Below, piece after piece: positions 29,749-38,702 of a DNA stretch of 64,000 nucleotides. The translations under genes were made by a program, and so were the position numbers. Numbering within the stretch: the first letter of the stretch is position 1; each line of letters begins with the position of its first letter. The notes below the pieces were generated by a model. It saw only the letters and a list, made by a program, of their open reading frames with translations, was not told where the DNA came from and ran no database searches. The stretch lies in NCBI GenBank assembly GCA_022710715.1, contig JAKLGJ010000002.1:17590-81589 (forward strand), given 5' to 3'. The DNA comes from Candidatus Omnitrophota bacterium (lineage in GTDB: Bacteria > Omnitrophota > Gorgyraeia > Gygaellales > Profunditerraquicolaceae).

Positions 29749-30849
29749 AGTTTACCTGCCCGGAACTTTAAAAACGCTTCAATAAATTCGTCGAGTTTGC
29801 CGTCCAGGACCGCAGCGGAATTGCCGGTCTCATGGTCGGTACGATGGTCCTTGACCAGGTTATAGGGATGCAGGACGTACGAACGGATCTGGCTGCCCCA
29901 TTCTATCTTCTTCTTCTCGGCGCTGTGTTTTTGCAGCTCCTGTTCCTTCTTCTCCTGCTCCAGCTCATACAAACGCGCTTTGAGTATCTTGAGCGCCGTT
30001 TGTTTATTCTGATGCTGCGACCGCTCATTCTGGCATTGCGCCACGATGCCCGTGGGTTTATGCACGATCCTGACCGCGGTATCGGATTTCTGCATATGCT
30101 GTCCGCCGGCCCCGGAAGCGCGGAATGTCTCTATCGCCAGATCTTTTTCATCGATCGTCACGGCGATTTCTTCGCCCAGGTCCGGGATCACATCCACGGA
30201 CGCAAATGACGTGTGGCGCCGTTTATTCGCATCAAAGGGAGAGATGCGCACCAGACGATGCACCCCGCGTTCGGCCTTGAGATACCCGAACGCGTAAGCG
30301 CCTTCGATCAAAAGAGTCGCATTCTTTGTGCCGGCTTCTTCGCCGGGAAGAATATCCAGGGTCTTGACGCTGTAACCCTTATCTTCCGCCCAGCGCATAT
30401 ACATCCGCAGCAGCATGCTCGCCCAATCGCAGGATTCGGTCCCGCCGGCGCCGGAATTGATGCTCAAGATAGCGCTGCTGGGATCGGCCTCGCCGCTCAA
30501 TAATGTCTTGAATTCCAGCTGCTCCGTTTCTTTCTGCAAAGCCAGGAGATTCGTATCCAGCTCGGCGACCAATCCGGTATCGCTATCGGCAGAGATATCC
30601 GCGAGCTCTTTAAGCTCGGCGAATTTCTTAGCCGCGAGTTCCCAGGGTTCTACCGATGCTTTGAGGGATTTTAACTGTTTGACGACGGCGGTCGACTGCT
30701 GTTCATCGTTCCAGAAATCCTGCCGGGACATATCCGAGGATAAATCGTCGATACGCTTCTTCTTGGCATCAATGTCAAAGATACCCTCGAAGATTGCGAA
30801 TCTGGGTTTCAAGCGCATCAAGCCTGGCTTTAATATCATTGAGCATCAT
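29745..30849 (-). CDS. prfB: Peptide chain release factor 2, expressed via the programmed +1 frameshift.
   Basis: The GGQ motif SGAGGQHMQ and SPF are in the long frame. The true N-terminus [24 protein letters not shown] is in the -1 frame and ends at CTT TGA C (30780..30774, minus strand). An SD-like GAGGG sits upstream, the canonical RF2 autoregulatory frameshift site. Confidence 0.85.
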
Positions 30850-30872
30850 CTATCCTCCATGGTGGCAGCCGT

Positions 30873-31946
30873 TTATTTCTTGATCCCTTTCAAAGCCAGG
30901 ATGAATTCGTCTTTATTGTCGGAGAAATCCATGGCTTCCGCCTCGGTGATCTTGCCGTCCTTGACCAGCTTGACCAAAGACTGATTGAAGGAATGCATGC
31001 CGAAGATGTCGCCTTCTTCCAGATACCGGGTGATCTCTCCGACTTTGTTCTCGCGGATGAGACGACTGATCGTGGGCGTCAAAAGCATGACTTCGCTCGA
31101 AGGGATACGGGTCACGCCGTCCTTGAGCGGAATCAACCGCAGCGAGATGACCCCCTTGAGCAGAAAAGAAAGCTGGGTGCAGATCTGCGGATGCTGGTGC
31201 GGCGGGAAGAAATTGACGATGCGCTCGACCGTCTGCGGGGCATTGACCGTATGCAGCGTACTCATCACCAGGACGCCCGTTTCGGCAGCGGTCAGAGCAG
31301 CGGACATGGTCTCCTCATCGCGGATATTGCCGATATAAATGACATCCGGACTTTGCAGGGTAAACGAGCGCAGCGCGACCGGATAGGAAGCCACGTCCTT
31401 GCCCAGCTCGCGTTGATTGATCAGGGAATTTTTGTCGTTAAAAGTGAATTCAATGGGTTCTTCAAGCGTGAAAATATGCTTGTACGCGTTTTGATTGATG
31501 TATTCGATCATGCTGGCGATGGCGGTGGATTTACCCGACCCCATGGTCCCGGTCAACAACACCAGACCGCGGCGTTCCATGGCCAGCTTCTTCAGGATCT
31601 CCGCGGGCAGGTTCAAATCTTCCAGCGTCTTGGTCGCCGGCGGAATATTCCTGGCTACGATGGACGGCCAGTTGCGTTGCATGAAAATGCTGATGCGGAA
31701 ACGCCGGTCCAGCTGCGGGCAGTAATAGGCGAAATCGATATCAAATGTTTTACGAAAGAATTCCCGGACCTCTTCCGACAGGAGCTTTTGCAGGGACCGG
31801 TCGATATCGTCTATGCCGATAACCGCATCCGTAACCTGGGTCACTTTGCCGTTAATGCGCATACGGACCGTGGCGCCGGCGCGATAGAACAGATCCGACC
31901 CGTCTTTTTCCACCAGCATACGCAAACATTCGATTATGTCTATCAT
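30873..31946 (-). CDS. pilT: Type IV pilus twitching-motility ATPase PilT/PilU.
   Basis: 357 aa with Walker A GTMGSGKST, Asp box and His box (LVMSTLHT), and a PilT-type N-terminus. Confidence 0.85.
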   Translation of the reverse strand: MIDIIECLRMLVEKDGSDLFYRAGATVRMRINGKVTQVTDAVIGIDDIDRSLQKLLSEEVREFFRKTFDIDFAYYCPQLDRRFRISIFMQRNWPSIVARNIPPATKTLEDLNLPAEILKKLAMERRGLVLLTGTMGSGKSTAIASMIEYINQNAYKHIFTLEEPIEFTFNDKNSLINQRELGKDVASYPVALRSFTLQSPDVIYIGNIRDEETMSAALTAAETGVLVMSTLHTVNAPQTVERIVNFFPPHQHPQICTQLSFLLKGVISLRLIPLKDGVTRIPSSEVMLLTPTISRLIRENKVGEITRYLEEGDIFGMHSFNQSLVKLVKDGKITEAEAMDFSDNKDEFILALKGIKK

Positions 31947-31982
31947 GCGTCCCTCGTTAGTTAATAAGTGGTTTGAAGAGTA

Positions 31983-33473
31983 TTATACCACTGTCCTTCT
32001 TTTTTCCGTAGCAGAAAATTCCATGTATTTGGCCAGCATCAGCCGCGTCTGGGCGTCCAGAGCCGGCGTCGACCCCAGGATCAGTATCAAAAACGGCACA
32101 AATAACCACTCTACGACCATCACGATATTGGTGATCCAGTGCACTTCTTTGGGCCGCGGCGGCAGAATCGCGCGGCTTAAGAGTATCCAGACAATACTCG
32201 TGCCGAGGGTAAAATTAAGCAGCACGCCGATAACGCGGGGCAGATTCTGGCTGATCGGAGTCTGGGCAAAAAACACGCCCCCCACCAGAAGCGGCAGCGA
32301 CGGCATCACTCCCATGATGATCGCCCAGAGTGCCCAGGTAACATGGCTTTCCAGCAGATGGAAAGACCGGCGGATCTTAAGCACCAGCGGAATTTCATGG
32401 TCGCGCAAAAGCCGCGATACGACGAACGGAAAATTCTCCACCCCCCAGGCCCAGCGTCGCTTCTGCTTATACTGCACCTCCAGGGTCTTGAAGAGATTTT
32501 TCCCGTAAGCCACATCCATGGAAACGGTGGTATAGAGAGGAATAACCCGGTAATCGCCCTTATAGTACAGAAATGCTTTCCAGTAGACCACCGAATCGTC
32601 GGAAATCATATCCACCGGCCAGTAATCGATATCCACCAGGGTTTTGAAACTCATGCTGTGGCTGGAGAAGGTGACAAATTTCTCCAGACGCAAACTCTCG
32701 ATCATCTGGCAGAAAGAAGCGCTGATCTCGATAATCCTGGCCAGAGAGGGCGCCTGCCAGATATTATTGTTATACACCGGCACCGGTTGATAACTGGCTT
32801 GATGGGGTTTGGGATTGGTCAGGAAATGGTACGCCAGGCAACCGAAATATTCCCGGTCGATACAGGTGTCCGCGTCAAAACAGGAAACAATGACTTCTGC
32901 CAGCGGAATCTTTTTTTGTTCCAGCAGATCCTTCGCCTTCCTGGCTGCCCAGGTCGCGTTTGCCCCTTTCAGACGCTTTTCTCCCGGCAGTTGATCCGGA
33001 TGGAACGTGGTCAGATAAGCGCCGAACGTGCCGCCGAATTCCGCCTCGAGGATTTTGGCATACTCCCCGGCAGGCGCGTGACGTCGCTCGAAAGCCATCA
33101 CCACGATAATCCGGCTCTTGGGATAATGACAGGTTTTCAACGCCTCCAGAGAAGGCCGCAGAATATCCAGGCCTTCCTTATAGACTGGAAAGATGACCAG
33201 ATGATACAGGTCTTCCCATTTGCGTTTGGGCAGCGACCGGCAGGCGGCGAGCCAGTCTTTGCTGCGTTCCCGGGATAAACGGCGGTGCGCCAATACCAGC
33301 AGCGTGGTCAGGTAGACGGTGCGGATGATCCAGTAGAAATCGAAAATAATAATGATCACTGCGGCGATCACCGGACGCCAGACGGTCATCACCACCAGAA
33401 AGATGATAATCCCCCAGGAAATACTGCCCGGGAGGATCTCCAGAAATCGCTTAGTTCTTTTCCCTGCGCTCAT
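31983..33473 (-). CDS. Membrane-embedded processive family-2 glycosyltransferase (cellulose/chitin/hyaluronan synthase-like).
   Basis: 496 aa with N- and C-terminal TM bundles. It carries a DxD (CFDADT) and QYKQKRRWAWG, which is the Q(Q/R)xRW processive synthase motif. Confidence 0.7.
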   Translation of the reverse strand: MSAGKRTKRFLEILPGSISWGIIIFLVVMTVWRPVIAAVIIIIFDFYWIIRTVYLTTLLVLAHRRLSRERSKDWLAACRSLPKRKWEDLYHLVIFPVYKEGLDILRPSLEALKTCHYPKSRIIVVMAFERRHAPAGEYAKILEAEFGGTFGAYLTTFHPDQLPGEKRLKGANATWAARKAKDLLEQKKIPLAEVIVSCFDADTCIDREYFGCLAYHFLTNPKPHQASYQPVPVYNNNIWQAPSLARIIEISASFCQMIESLRLEKFVTFSSHSMSFKTLVDIDYWPVDMISDDSVVYWKAFLYYKGDYRVIPLYTTVSMDVAYGKNLFKTLEVQYKQKRRWAWGVENFPFVVSRLLRDHEIPLVLKIRRSFHLLESHVTWALWAIIMGVMPSLPLLVGGVFFAQTPISQNLPRVIGVLLNFTLGTSIVWILLSRAILPPRPKEVHWITNIVMVVEWLFVPFLILILGSTPALDAQTRLMLAKYMEFSATEKRRTVV

Positions 33474-34404
33474 TTGGTTTTAAACGGATAAAGTCGGAAA
33501 ACGGATACAGCCGGTTATGCAATTCGATCTTATACAGGTTATCATACATCTTGCCGTCGACCGCTTCCTGGGCGTCGATAAAAAACAGCGTGTCCGTCCG
33601 CACATCGTACGACCCGGTGGCGTTCTTCTTATTCAAAGAAATCAGGCTCACCGGGATAGCGTCCTGCCTGGCTTCGGTAATCATTACCTTCTTATCGGTC
33701 AGCATCACCAGATGATAACTGTCCGAATACCAGAACACTTCGTTGATGGTATCATAGGGGAATTGCACGGTGAACATCCGCTCCCGTACCGCCGGATGCT
33801 CCTCGGCCCCGAGATAAACGAGCCCGATCTCATGGGCGTTAAAAAACAATAACTTGTCCCGGTCAGGCGACAGCTCCCAGCGTTTGGGCGGCGGGATCAA
33901 CGGAGGGAAACTGGCCGCTTCCTTGAAATGATCGCCCTCGAGATCCGAGGTATAAATCGTCTTGCTTTCTTTATCGATATAATAAACCGTGGCTTTGATT
34001 TCATCGATCCAGAAAGCGGAGATCTTTTCTTTGTTGAGTTTCTGGATATCCGGCCGCAGGGGGAAAAGAATGACCTTTTCCAGACGCACCACCTTTCCGG
34101 GCTCCACGCGCACTTCGGCAAAATAGGAATAGTGCCCTTCCAGTTCCAGGTCGATCTGATACGTCCCCGGAATAAGCTCGTTGAGCATTACCGGCGTCTT
34201 GTCTTTTACCAGCAGCTTGTTCAGGAATACGCTCGCCCCGCCGGGCACCGTTTTGATCATGATCAACCCTCCCCGGGTAAACTTGAGGGTGCGGGGGTCG
34301 AATTTATACCCGAGCGAAAAAGCCAGGATAAAAGGCAATCCCAGAAAAAAAATCGCCAGGCTCATATAAAACAACACCGTGCGTATACTCTGTTCTCGTG
34401 TCAT
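33451..34404 (-). CDS. Membrane-anchored PEGA-domain protein.
   Basis: N-terminal TM helix. The PEGA-like beta-sandwich motif IKTVPGGASVFLNKLLVKDKTPVMLNELIPGTYQIDLELEGH follows. It overlaps the GT2 start by 23 nt and the uvrC-like stop by 4 nt. Confidence 0.45.
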   Translation of the reverse strand: MTREQSIRTVLFYMSLAIFFLGLPFILAFSLGYKFDPRTLKFTRGGLIMIKTVPGGASVFLNKLLVKDKTPVMLNELIPGTYQIDLELEGHYSYFAEVRVEPGKVVRLEKVILFPLRPDIQKLNKEKISAFWIDEIKATVYYIDKESKTIYTSDLEGDHFKEAASFPPLIPPPKRWELSPDRDKLLFFNAHEIGLVYLGAEEHPAVRERMFTVQFPYDTINEVFWYSDSYHLVMLTDKKVMITEARQDAIPVSLISLNKKNATGSYDVRTDTLFFIDAQEAVDGKMYDNLYKIELHNRLYPFSDFIRLKPNERREKN

Positions 34405-35645
34405 CGTTCCAACAGTTTCTTATGCCGCAACAGATGGTGGTACCGCCGGGCAAACCGGTGCGCTTCATCGCGGACGCGGCGGATAAGATTCAACGCCGGG
34501 GTGTCCGCGTCCAGACGCAGCGGCGCGGCGTGTCCGGCCACATAGATATTCTCTTCTTCCTTGGCGATGCTGATCACCGGGATGCTGACCTGCAGCTTGC
34601 GTATCTCGTCAAGGGCCGCTTCAAGATGCTGTTTGCCGCCGTCGATGAGCACCAGATCCGGCAACTGCTTGCGCTCGGAGACCAGACGCGCATAGCGACG
34701 GCTGACCACTTCCCGTATCATAGCATAATCATCGCTTCCCTGCACGGTCTTAATCCGGAACCGGCGATAATTGCCCTTGTCCGGAAAGCCGCGGTAGAAC
34801 CGGACCATCGCCCCCGTAGCTTCCTGGCCCGCGAGCGTAGCGATATCGAAGCCTTCTATGCGCAGGGGCTTGCGCTTCAGCCCGACCAGTATACGCAGGT
34901 CTTCGCTCTCGTCCGGGCTGACAAAATGCTTCCGGTAATTGCCGATCGCGCTTAAAGCCAGCATCTGATCGCGCAGCAGAGCCGCGTCTTCATACCGTTT
35001 TTCCACGGCCGCCTGCTTCATGTCGGAGGTCAACCGGGCAAGAAGCTCCTCGTATCGGGAATCCAGGAACAATCCGATATCTTCGATGCGTTGCCGGTAC
35101 TGCGACGCGGTAATCTTGCCCGCGCAGGGGCCGGGACAAAGCTTGAGCCGGTAATACAGACATGGCTTCTTCGGCAGCGCCGCGCAGGTGCGGAAACCAA
35201 AAATTTTGCGGATAACCTGCAGCGCCTGACGCAAAAGTCTGGCGTTGGTGTAGGGGCCGAAATACCGGCAGCGCTGCGGATCCTGCCGGCGGTCTTTGCT
35301 GCGGCATATCGACACCATCGGGAAGCGCTCGTCGGTGATCCGAATAAGCGGGAACGATTTGTCGTCTTTGAGGCTGATATTGTAGTGCGGCTGTTTCTCT
35401 TTGATCAGCGACGCTTCCAGGAGCTGCGCCTGCGCTTCGGAGGGCGAAAGAATGAATTCTATGTCGGCAATCCGCGCGACCAGCGCCCGGGTCTTGGCTG
35501 CGAGCTCCCGGGTGAAATACGACTGCACGCGTTTCTTGAGATTCTTGGCCTTGCCGATATAAATGATCCGTCCCCGGGCGTCTTTATACAGATAGACTCC
35601 CGGTCCCTGCGGCAGTTCATCGACTTTCTTCTTCAGCGCTTCCAT
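34401..35645 (-). CDS. uvrC: UvrC-like excinuclease (GIY-YIG + UVR + RNase H-like endonuclease domains) lacking the C-terminal (HhH)2 domain.
   Basis: From the ATG at 35645: GVYLYKDARGRIIYIGKAKNLKKRV (GIY-YIG), EDAALLRDQMLAL (UVR) and RIEGFDIATL...DDYAMIREVVSRRY...LIDGGKQHL (endonuclease). It ends right after RDEAHRFARRYH. At 414 aa it is well short of the roughly 600 aa canonical UvrC. Confidence 0.7.
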   Translation of the reverse strand: MEALKKKVDELPQGPGVYLYKDARGRIIYIGKAKNLKKRVQSYFTRELAAKTRALVARIADIEFILSPSEAQAQLLEASLIKEKQPHYNISLKDDKSFPLIRITDERFPMVSICRSKDRRQDPQRCRYFGPYTNARLLRQALQVIRKIFGFRTCAALPKKPCLYYRLKLCPGPCAGKITASQYRQRIEDIGLFLDSRYEELLARLTSDMKQAAVEKRYEDAALLRDQMLALSAIGNYRKHFVSPDESEDLRILVGLKRKPLRIEGFDIATLAGQEATGAMVRFYRGFPDKGNYRRFRIKTVQGSDDYAMIREVVSRRYARLVSERKQLPDLVLIDGGKQHLEAALDEIRKLQVSIPVISIAKEEENIYVAGHAAPLRLDADTPALNLIRRVRDEAHRFARRYHHLLRHKKLLER

Positions 35646-37207
35646 AAGATACCCTGCAGATAGTTCACCTTCAGCAAGGCGCACATCGCGAAATACGCAA
35701 GCATCCCGCCGGCGATCGGCAGAAGAAGATTGACCGCGCGCGCCAGCAGCGGCACGCCCGACCCCAGGGGATAGCCGGAGATAATAAAGCACACCTCGCC
35801 CATAACCACGCTGGCCAGGAACACTCTCACGCAAAAATCGATCAATCCCCGCAGTCCCAGACCGCCGAGTTTCTTCCGCAATATAACCAGCAAAATCAGG
35901 AATCCGCTGATCCCGGAAATCGACGTCGCCAGAGCCAGACCGTTGAGTTTCAAAGAAAACATCAGCGCGGCATTCAACGCGCAATTCAAAACAAGGCTGA
36001 TCGCGGAGACTTTTGTCGGGGTCACGGTATCCTTGAGAGCAAAATACCCGCACTGCAGGATTTTCGTCGCCCCGTAGGCGAACAATCCGATGCTGTAAAA
36101 GAACAAGGCGCCGGAAGTTATCTGCGCGGAATAGGCGTTGAACCGGCCTCCGCCGAACAACGCGCTCACCATGGGCCTGGACAATACCATGAAAGCGACC
36201 GACGCCGGGATCATCACGAAGAAAACGCCCCGCAACCCGAAAAGCAGCGTATCTTTCAGTTTGACGTAATCATTCTGCGCGGCCTGGCAGGAAAGCGCGG
36301 GCAATAATGCCTGGGAAAGCGAATTGCCGAATATGCCCAGGGGGAACTGGATCAAACGATAGGAAAAATATAACGCAGCCACGCCTCCCTCCCCGACAAT
36401 GAAAGCCAGCGAGCCGAAGATGGAATCCACAAAATTATTCAGCTGGTAGATCGCCGAACTCAACAACCGGGGGGTCATCAGTTTGCCGATCTTGCGTATC
36501 GCGGGATGCCGGAAATTGCCGTTCAGGCTGAATCTGAACCCTTTTCTGTGCAACAGCGGGATCTGTACCGCGAGCTGAAGCGCGCCGCCGACCAGTACCC
36601 CGGAAGCCAGGCCCCTGATCCCTTCCCCCCAGATCAACGCAAAGACGATGATCGAAATATTGAGCAGGCAGGGAGCGAAAGCAGGGATAGTGAAATGCCG
36701 CAGTGAATTCAATATCCCCATGGCATAAGCGGTCAGACCGATCAAAAGGATATAGGGAAAGATCAGCCGGTTGAGCGTTACCGTAGCGGCAAACTTTTCG
36801 GGATCCGCGGTAAAACCCGGCGCGATCAACCGGATCAAAACAGGAGAGAAAATCACGCCCAGAACGGTAATGCCCGCCAGAACGACCAGAAGCAGGTTCA
36901 TCAACACATTAGCCGCTTCCCAGAACTCCTTCTTCCTGTCTTGCGCCAGGTATTCGCCTAATACCGGAACGATCGCGGCATTGGTCGCGCCCTCCCCCAC
37001 CAGATCACGGAAAAGATTGGGGATCTTGAAAGCGATGACAAAGGCCTGGGAATACACATATACCCCGAACAAGCGGGCGATGATGATATCCCGGATAAAG
37101 CCCAGAATGCGCGATAAAAACGTAGCCAGACCGATAATACCGGCAGATCGGGTAAGCCCTTTCCGGGAGTCGTGTGAGCGATATTTATCTATTGACATTG
37201 GCTCCAA
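35633..37207 (-). CDS. murJ: Lipid II flippase MurJ (MviN).
   Basis: 524 aa, 14-TM MOP superfamily protein with a typical MurJ N-terminus (ATFLSRILGFIRDIIIARLFG). Confidence 0.85.
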   Translation of the reverse strand: MEPMSIDKYRSHDSRKGLTRSAGIIGLATFLSRILGFIRDIIIARLFGVYVYSQAFVIAFKIPNLFRDLVGEGATNAAIVPVLGEYLAQDRKKEFWEAANVLMNLLLVVLAGITVLGVIFSPVLIRLIAPGFTADPEKFAATVTLNRLIFPYILLIGLTAYAMGILNSLRHFTIPAFAPCLLNISIIVFALIWGEGIRGLASGVLVGGALQLAVQIPLLHRKGFRFSLNGNFRHPAIRKIGKLMTPRLLSSAIYQLNNFVDSIFGSLAFIVGEGGVAALYFSYRLIQFPLGIFGNSLSQALLPALSCQAAQNDYVKLKDTLLFGLRGVFFVMIPASVAFMVLSRPMVSALFGGGRFNAYSAQITSGALFFYSIGLFAYGATKILQCGYFALKDTVTPTKVSAISLVLNCALNAALMFSLKLNGLALATSISGISGFLILLVILRKKLGGLGLRGLIDFCVRVFLASVVMGEVCFIISGYPLGSGVPLLARAVNLLLPIAGGMLAYFAMCALLKVNYLQGILWKR

Positions 37208-37269
37208 AGTATGTTATTTTTTTATATGTTATGAAATTGTTCCATTCCAATCTATAAGGAGAATTTTAT

Positions 37270-37533
37270 ATGGCTAATCGTCGTGCTGCCGTAAAGAGCT
37301 TACGGGTTGACAAAAAAAGACATGCGCGGAATATGCGCATAAAGAACGAGCTCAAGAAAACCATCAAGAATTTCCAGGCCCTGGTGGCAGAAAAGAAGTC
37401 GGAAGAAGCCAGAAAAGTCCTGCTGAAAGTCTCTTCCCTGCTGGATAAAGCCGCGAAAAAGAACGTTATTCACGCCAATACTGCCAGCCGCAGGAAATCC
37501 CGGCTATCCCGGAAAGTTCTTAAAGCTGCATAA
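37270..37533 (+). CDS. rpsT: 30S ribosomal protein S20.
   Basis: 87 aa: MANRRAAVKSLRVDKKRHARNMRIKNELKKTIK...NVIHANTASRRKSRLSRKV. AAGGAGA RBS at 37256-37262. Confidence 0.9.
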   Translation: MANRRAAVKSLRVDKKRHARNMRIKNELKKTIKNFQALVAEKKSEEARKVLLKVSSLLDKAAKKNVIHANTASRRKSRLSRKVLKAA

Positions 37534-38169
37534 ACTCACAATCAGTTTTTCCAGCGCAAAAGATGGACGCATGACTCCTGTTTTAATGCCTTGATCGCAT
37601 TCGAGCAGGAGTCTGCTTATTTTTTTCAGTTGGCGGATGTCGTTGAACTGGCGTTCCAGCCGGACACGCAAGCCGCCCAGGATAAGTTCCGGTTTTTCGC
37701 CTTTTTTCAGCAGGGAATTGAGAATCGTGAGGCTGGCAGCCACCTTACCGGCTTCGATCTGGCGGCTCAAGTCGAACACCGTCTGGGGTTTTTCTTCCTG
37801 GAATCGAACAACGCGCGCTCCGGCTACCTGCCGTATAAAAACATCCTGCCCTTCCGATGAGCGGAAATCCAGCACCAGCACTACCTGGCCGGAGGGTTTC
37901 CGGCTGTAAGCGAGCACAAACTCCTTCGCTTCCTGTTTCAGCGCCTGCGCATCTTTAACCACGACGATCCGCTTACTGGACTGGACGGGCAAAAAGAGCA
38001 GTTTCTCCTGCAATTCCTTGAGACTGGTTTCTTTCCCGAACACTACATCCAGATTGAATTCTGCGGTCCGGCGCGAGAGGAGGTCTTTCTTGATCGTATC
38101 CAGTGCGGCATCTTTGGCGGGACAATCCTGGCCAATAAAAAGGCATATCGAACTATCGTTTCTTACCAT
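37504..38169 (-). CDS. holA: DNA polymerase III delta subunit-like (HolA), short form.
   Basis: 221 aa with N-terminal ICLFIGQD...KRIVVVKDAQ resembling the HolA clamp-loader delta. It sits directly downstream of lptE as in the enterobacterial leuS-lptE-holA arrangement. The 3' end overlaps rpsT convergently by 30 nt, so it is short for HolA. Confidence 0.45.
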   Translation of the reverse strand: MVRNDSSICLFIGQDCPAKDAALDTIKKDLLSRRTAEFNLDVVFGKETSLKELQEKLLFLPVQSSKRIVVVKDAQALKQEAKEFVLAYSRKPSGQVVLVLDFRSSEGQDVFIRQVAGARVVRFQEEKPQTVFDLSRQIEAGKVAASLTILNSLLKKGEKPELILGGLRVRLERQFNDIRQLKKISRLLLECDQGIKTGVMRPSFALEKLIVSLCSFKNFPG

Positions 38170-38702
38170 TCTTCGACTACCCGGGCAACAATCCTCAAGC
38201 TTAAATCGCTGATGGCATCCGCGATAGCGGCGGCTTCAGACTTGACCGTGGGCCCCTGCGTGAAATAGGTGGTATCGCCGACAAAACCTTTTTCTTCCCA
38301 GAGCATCTTGTTTTCCGTACGCTCCCAGAGGCTGATATTCACTACGATATTAAGCCGGTATTCTTCCACTTCGTCGCTATTGGTGTAGCGTAACGCATCC
38401 CGGCGAAATTCGATCAATTCCCCTTTGAAAACAAGATCCGCGGACTCCTGGCTGGAAGGCTTGATATTGCCGTCGAGAAGGAATTTATTGGTCAGGGAGC
38501 GGGTCATGTCCGATTCCAACCCGGGACGGTACACCCGGTACGAAGTACCGGTATCCGCCTGACCGGTGATATCAATAGTGCTCACAAACGGGGTGATATA
38601 GATAGTCCGGTATTTCCCGGAAACCATGGAGCGGGTAGTATAGCCGCAGCCGGTCATCAGAAGTATAGCCGCACCGATACAAAAAAAAGCGATTCGCTTC
38701 AT
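38163..38702 (-). CDS. lptE: LPS-assembly lipoprotein LptE-like.
   Basis: 179 aa lipoprotein with lipobox LLMTGCG. Size and the conserved position between bamD and holA suggest LptE. The sequence itself is weakly diagnostic. Confidence 0.5.
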   Translation of the reverse strand: MKRIAFFCIGAAILLMTGCGYTTRSMVSGKYRTIYITPFVSTIDITGQADTGTSYRVYRPGLESDMTRSLTNKFLLDGNIKPSSQESADLVFKGELIEFRRDALRYTNSDEVEEYRLNIVVNISLWERTENKMLWEEKGFVGDTTYFTQGPTVKSEAAAIADAISDLSLRIVARVVEEW

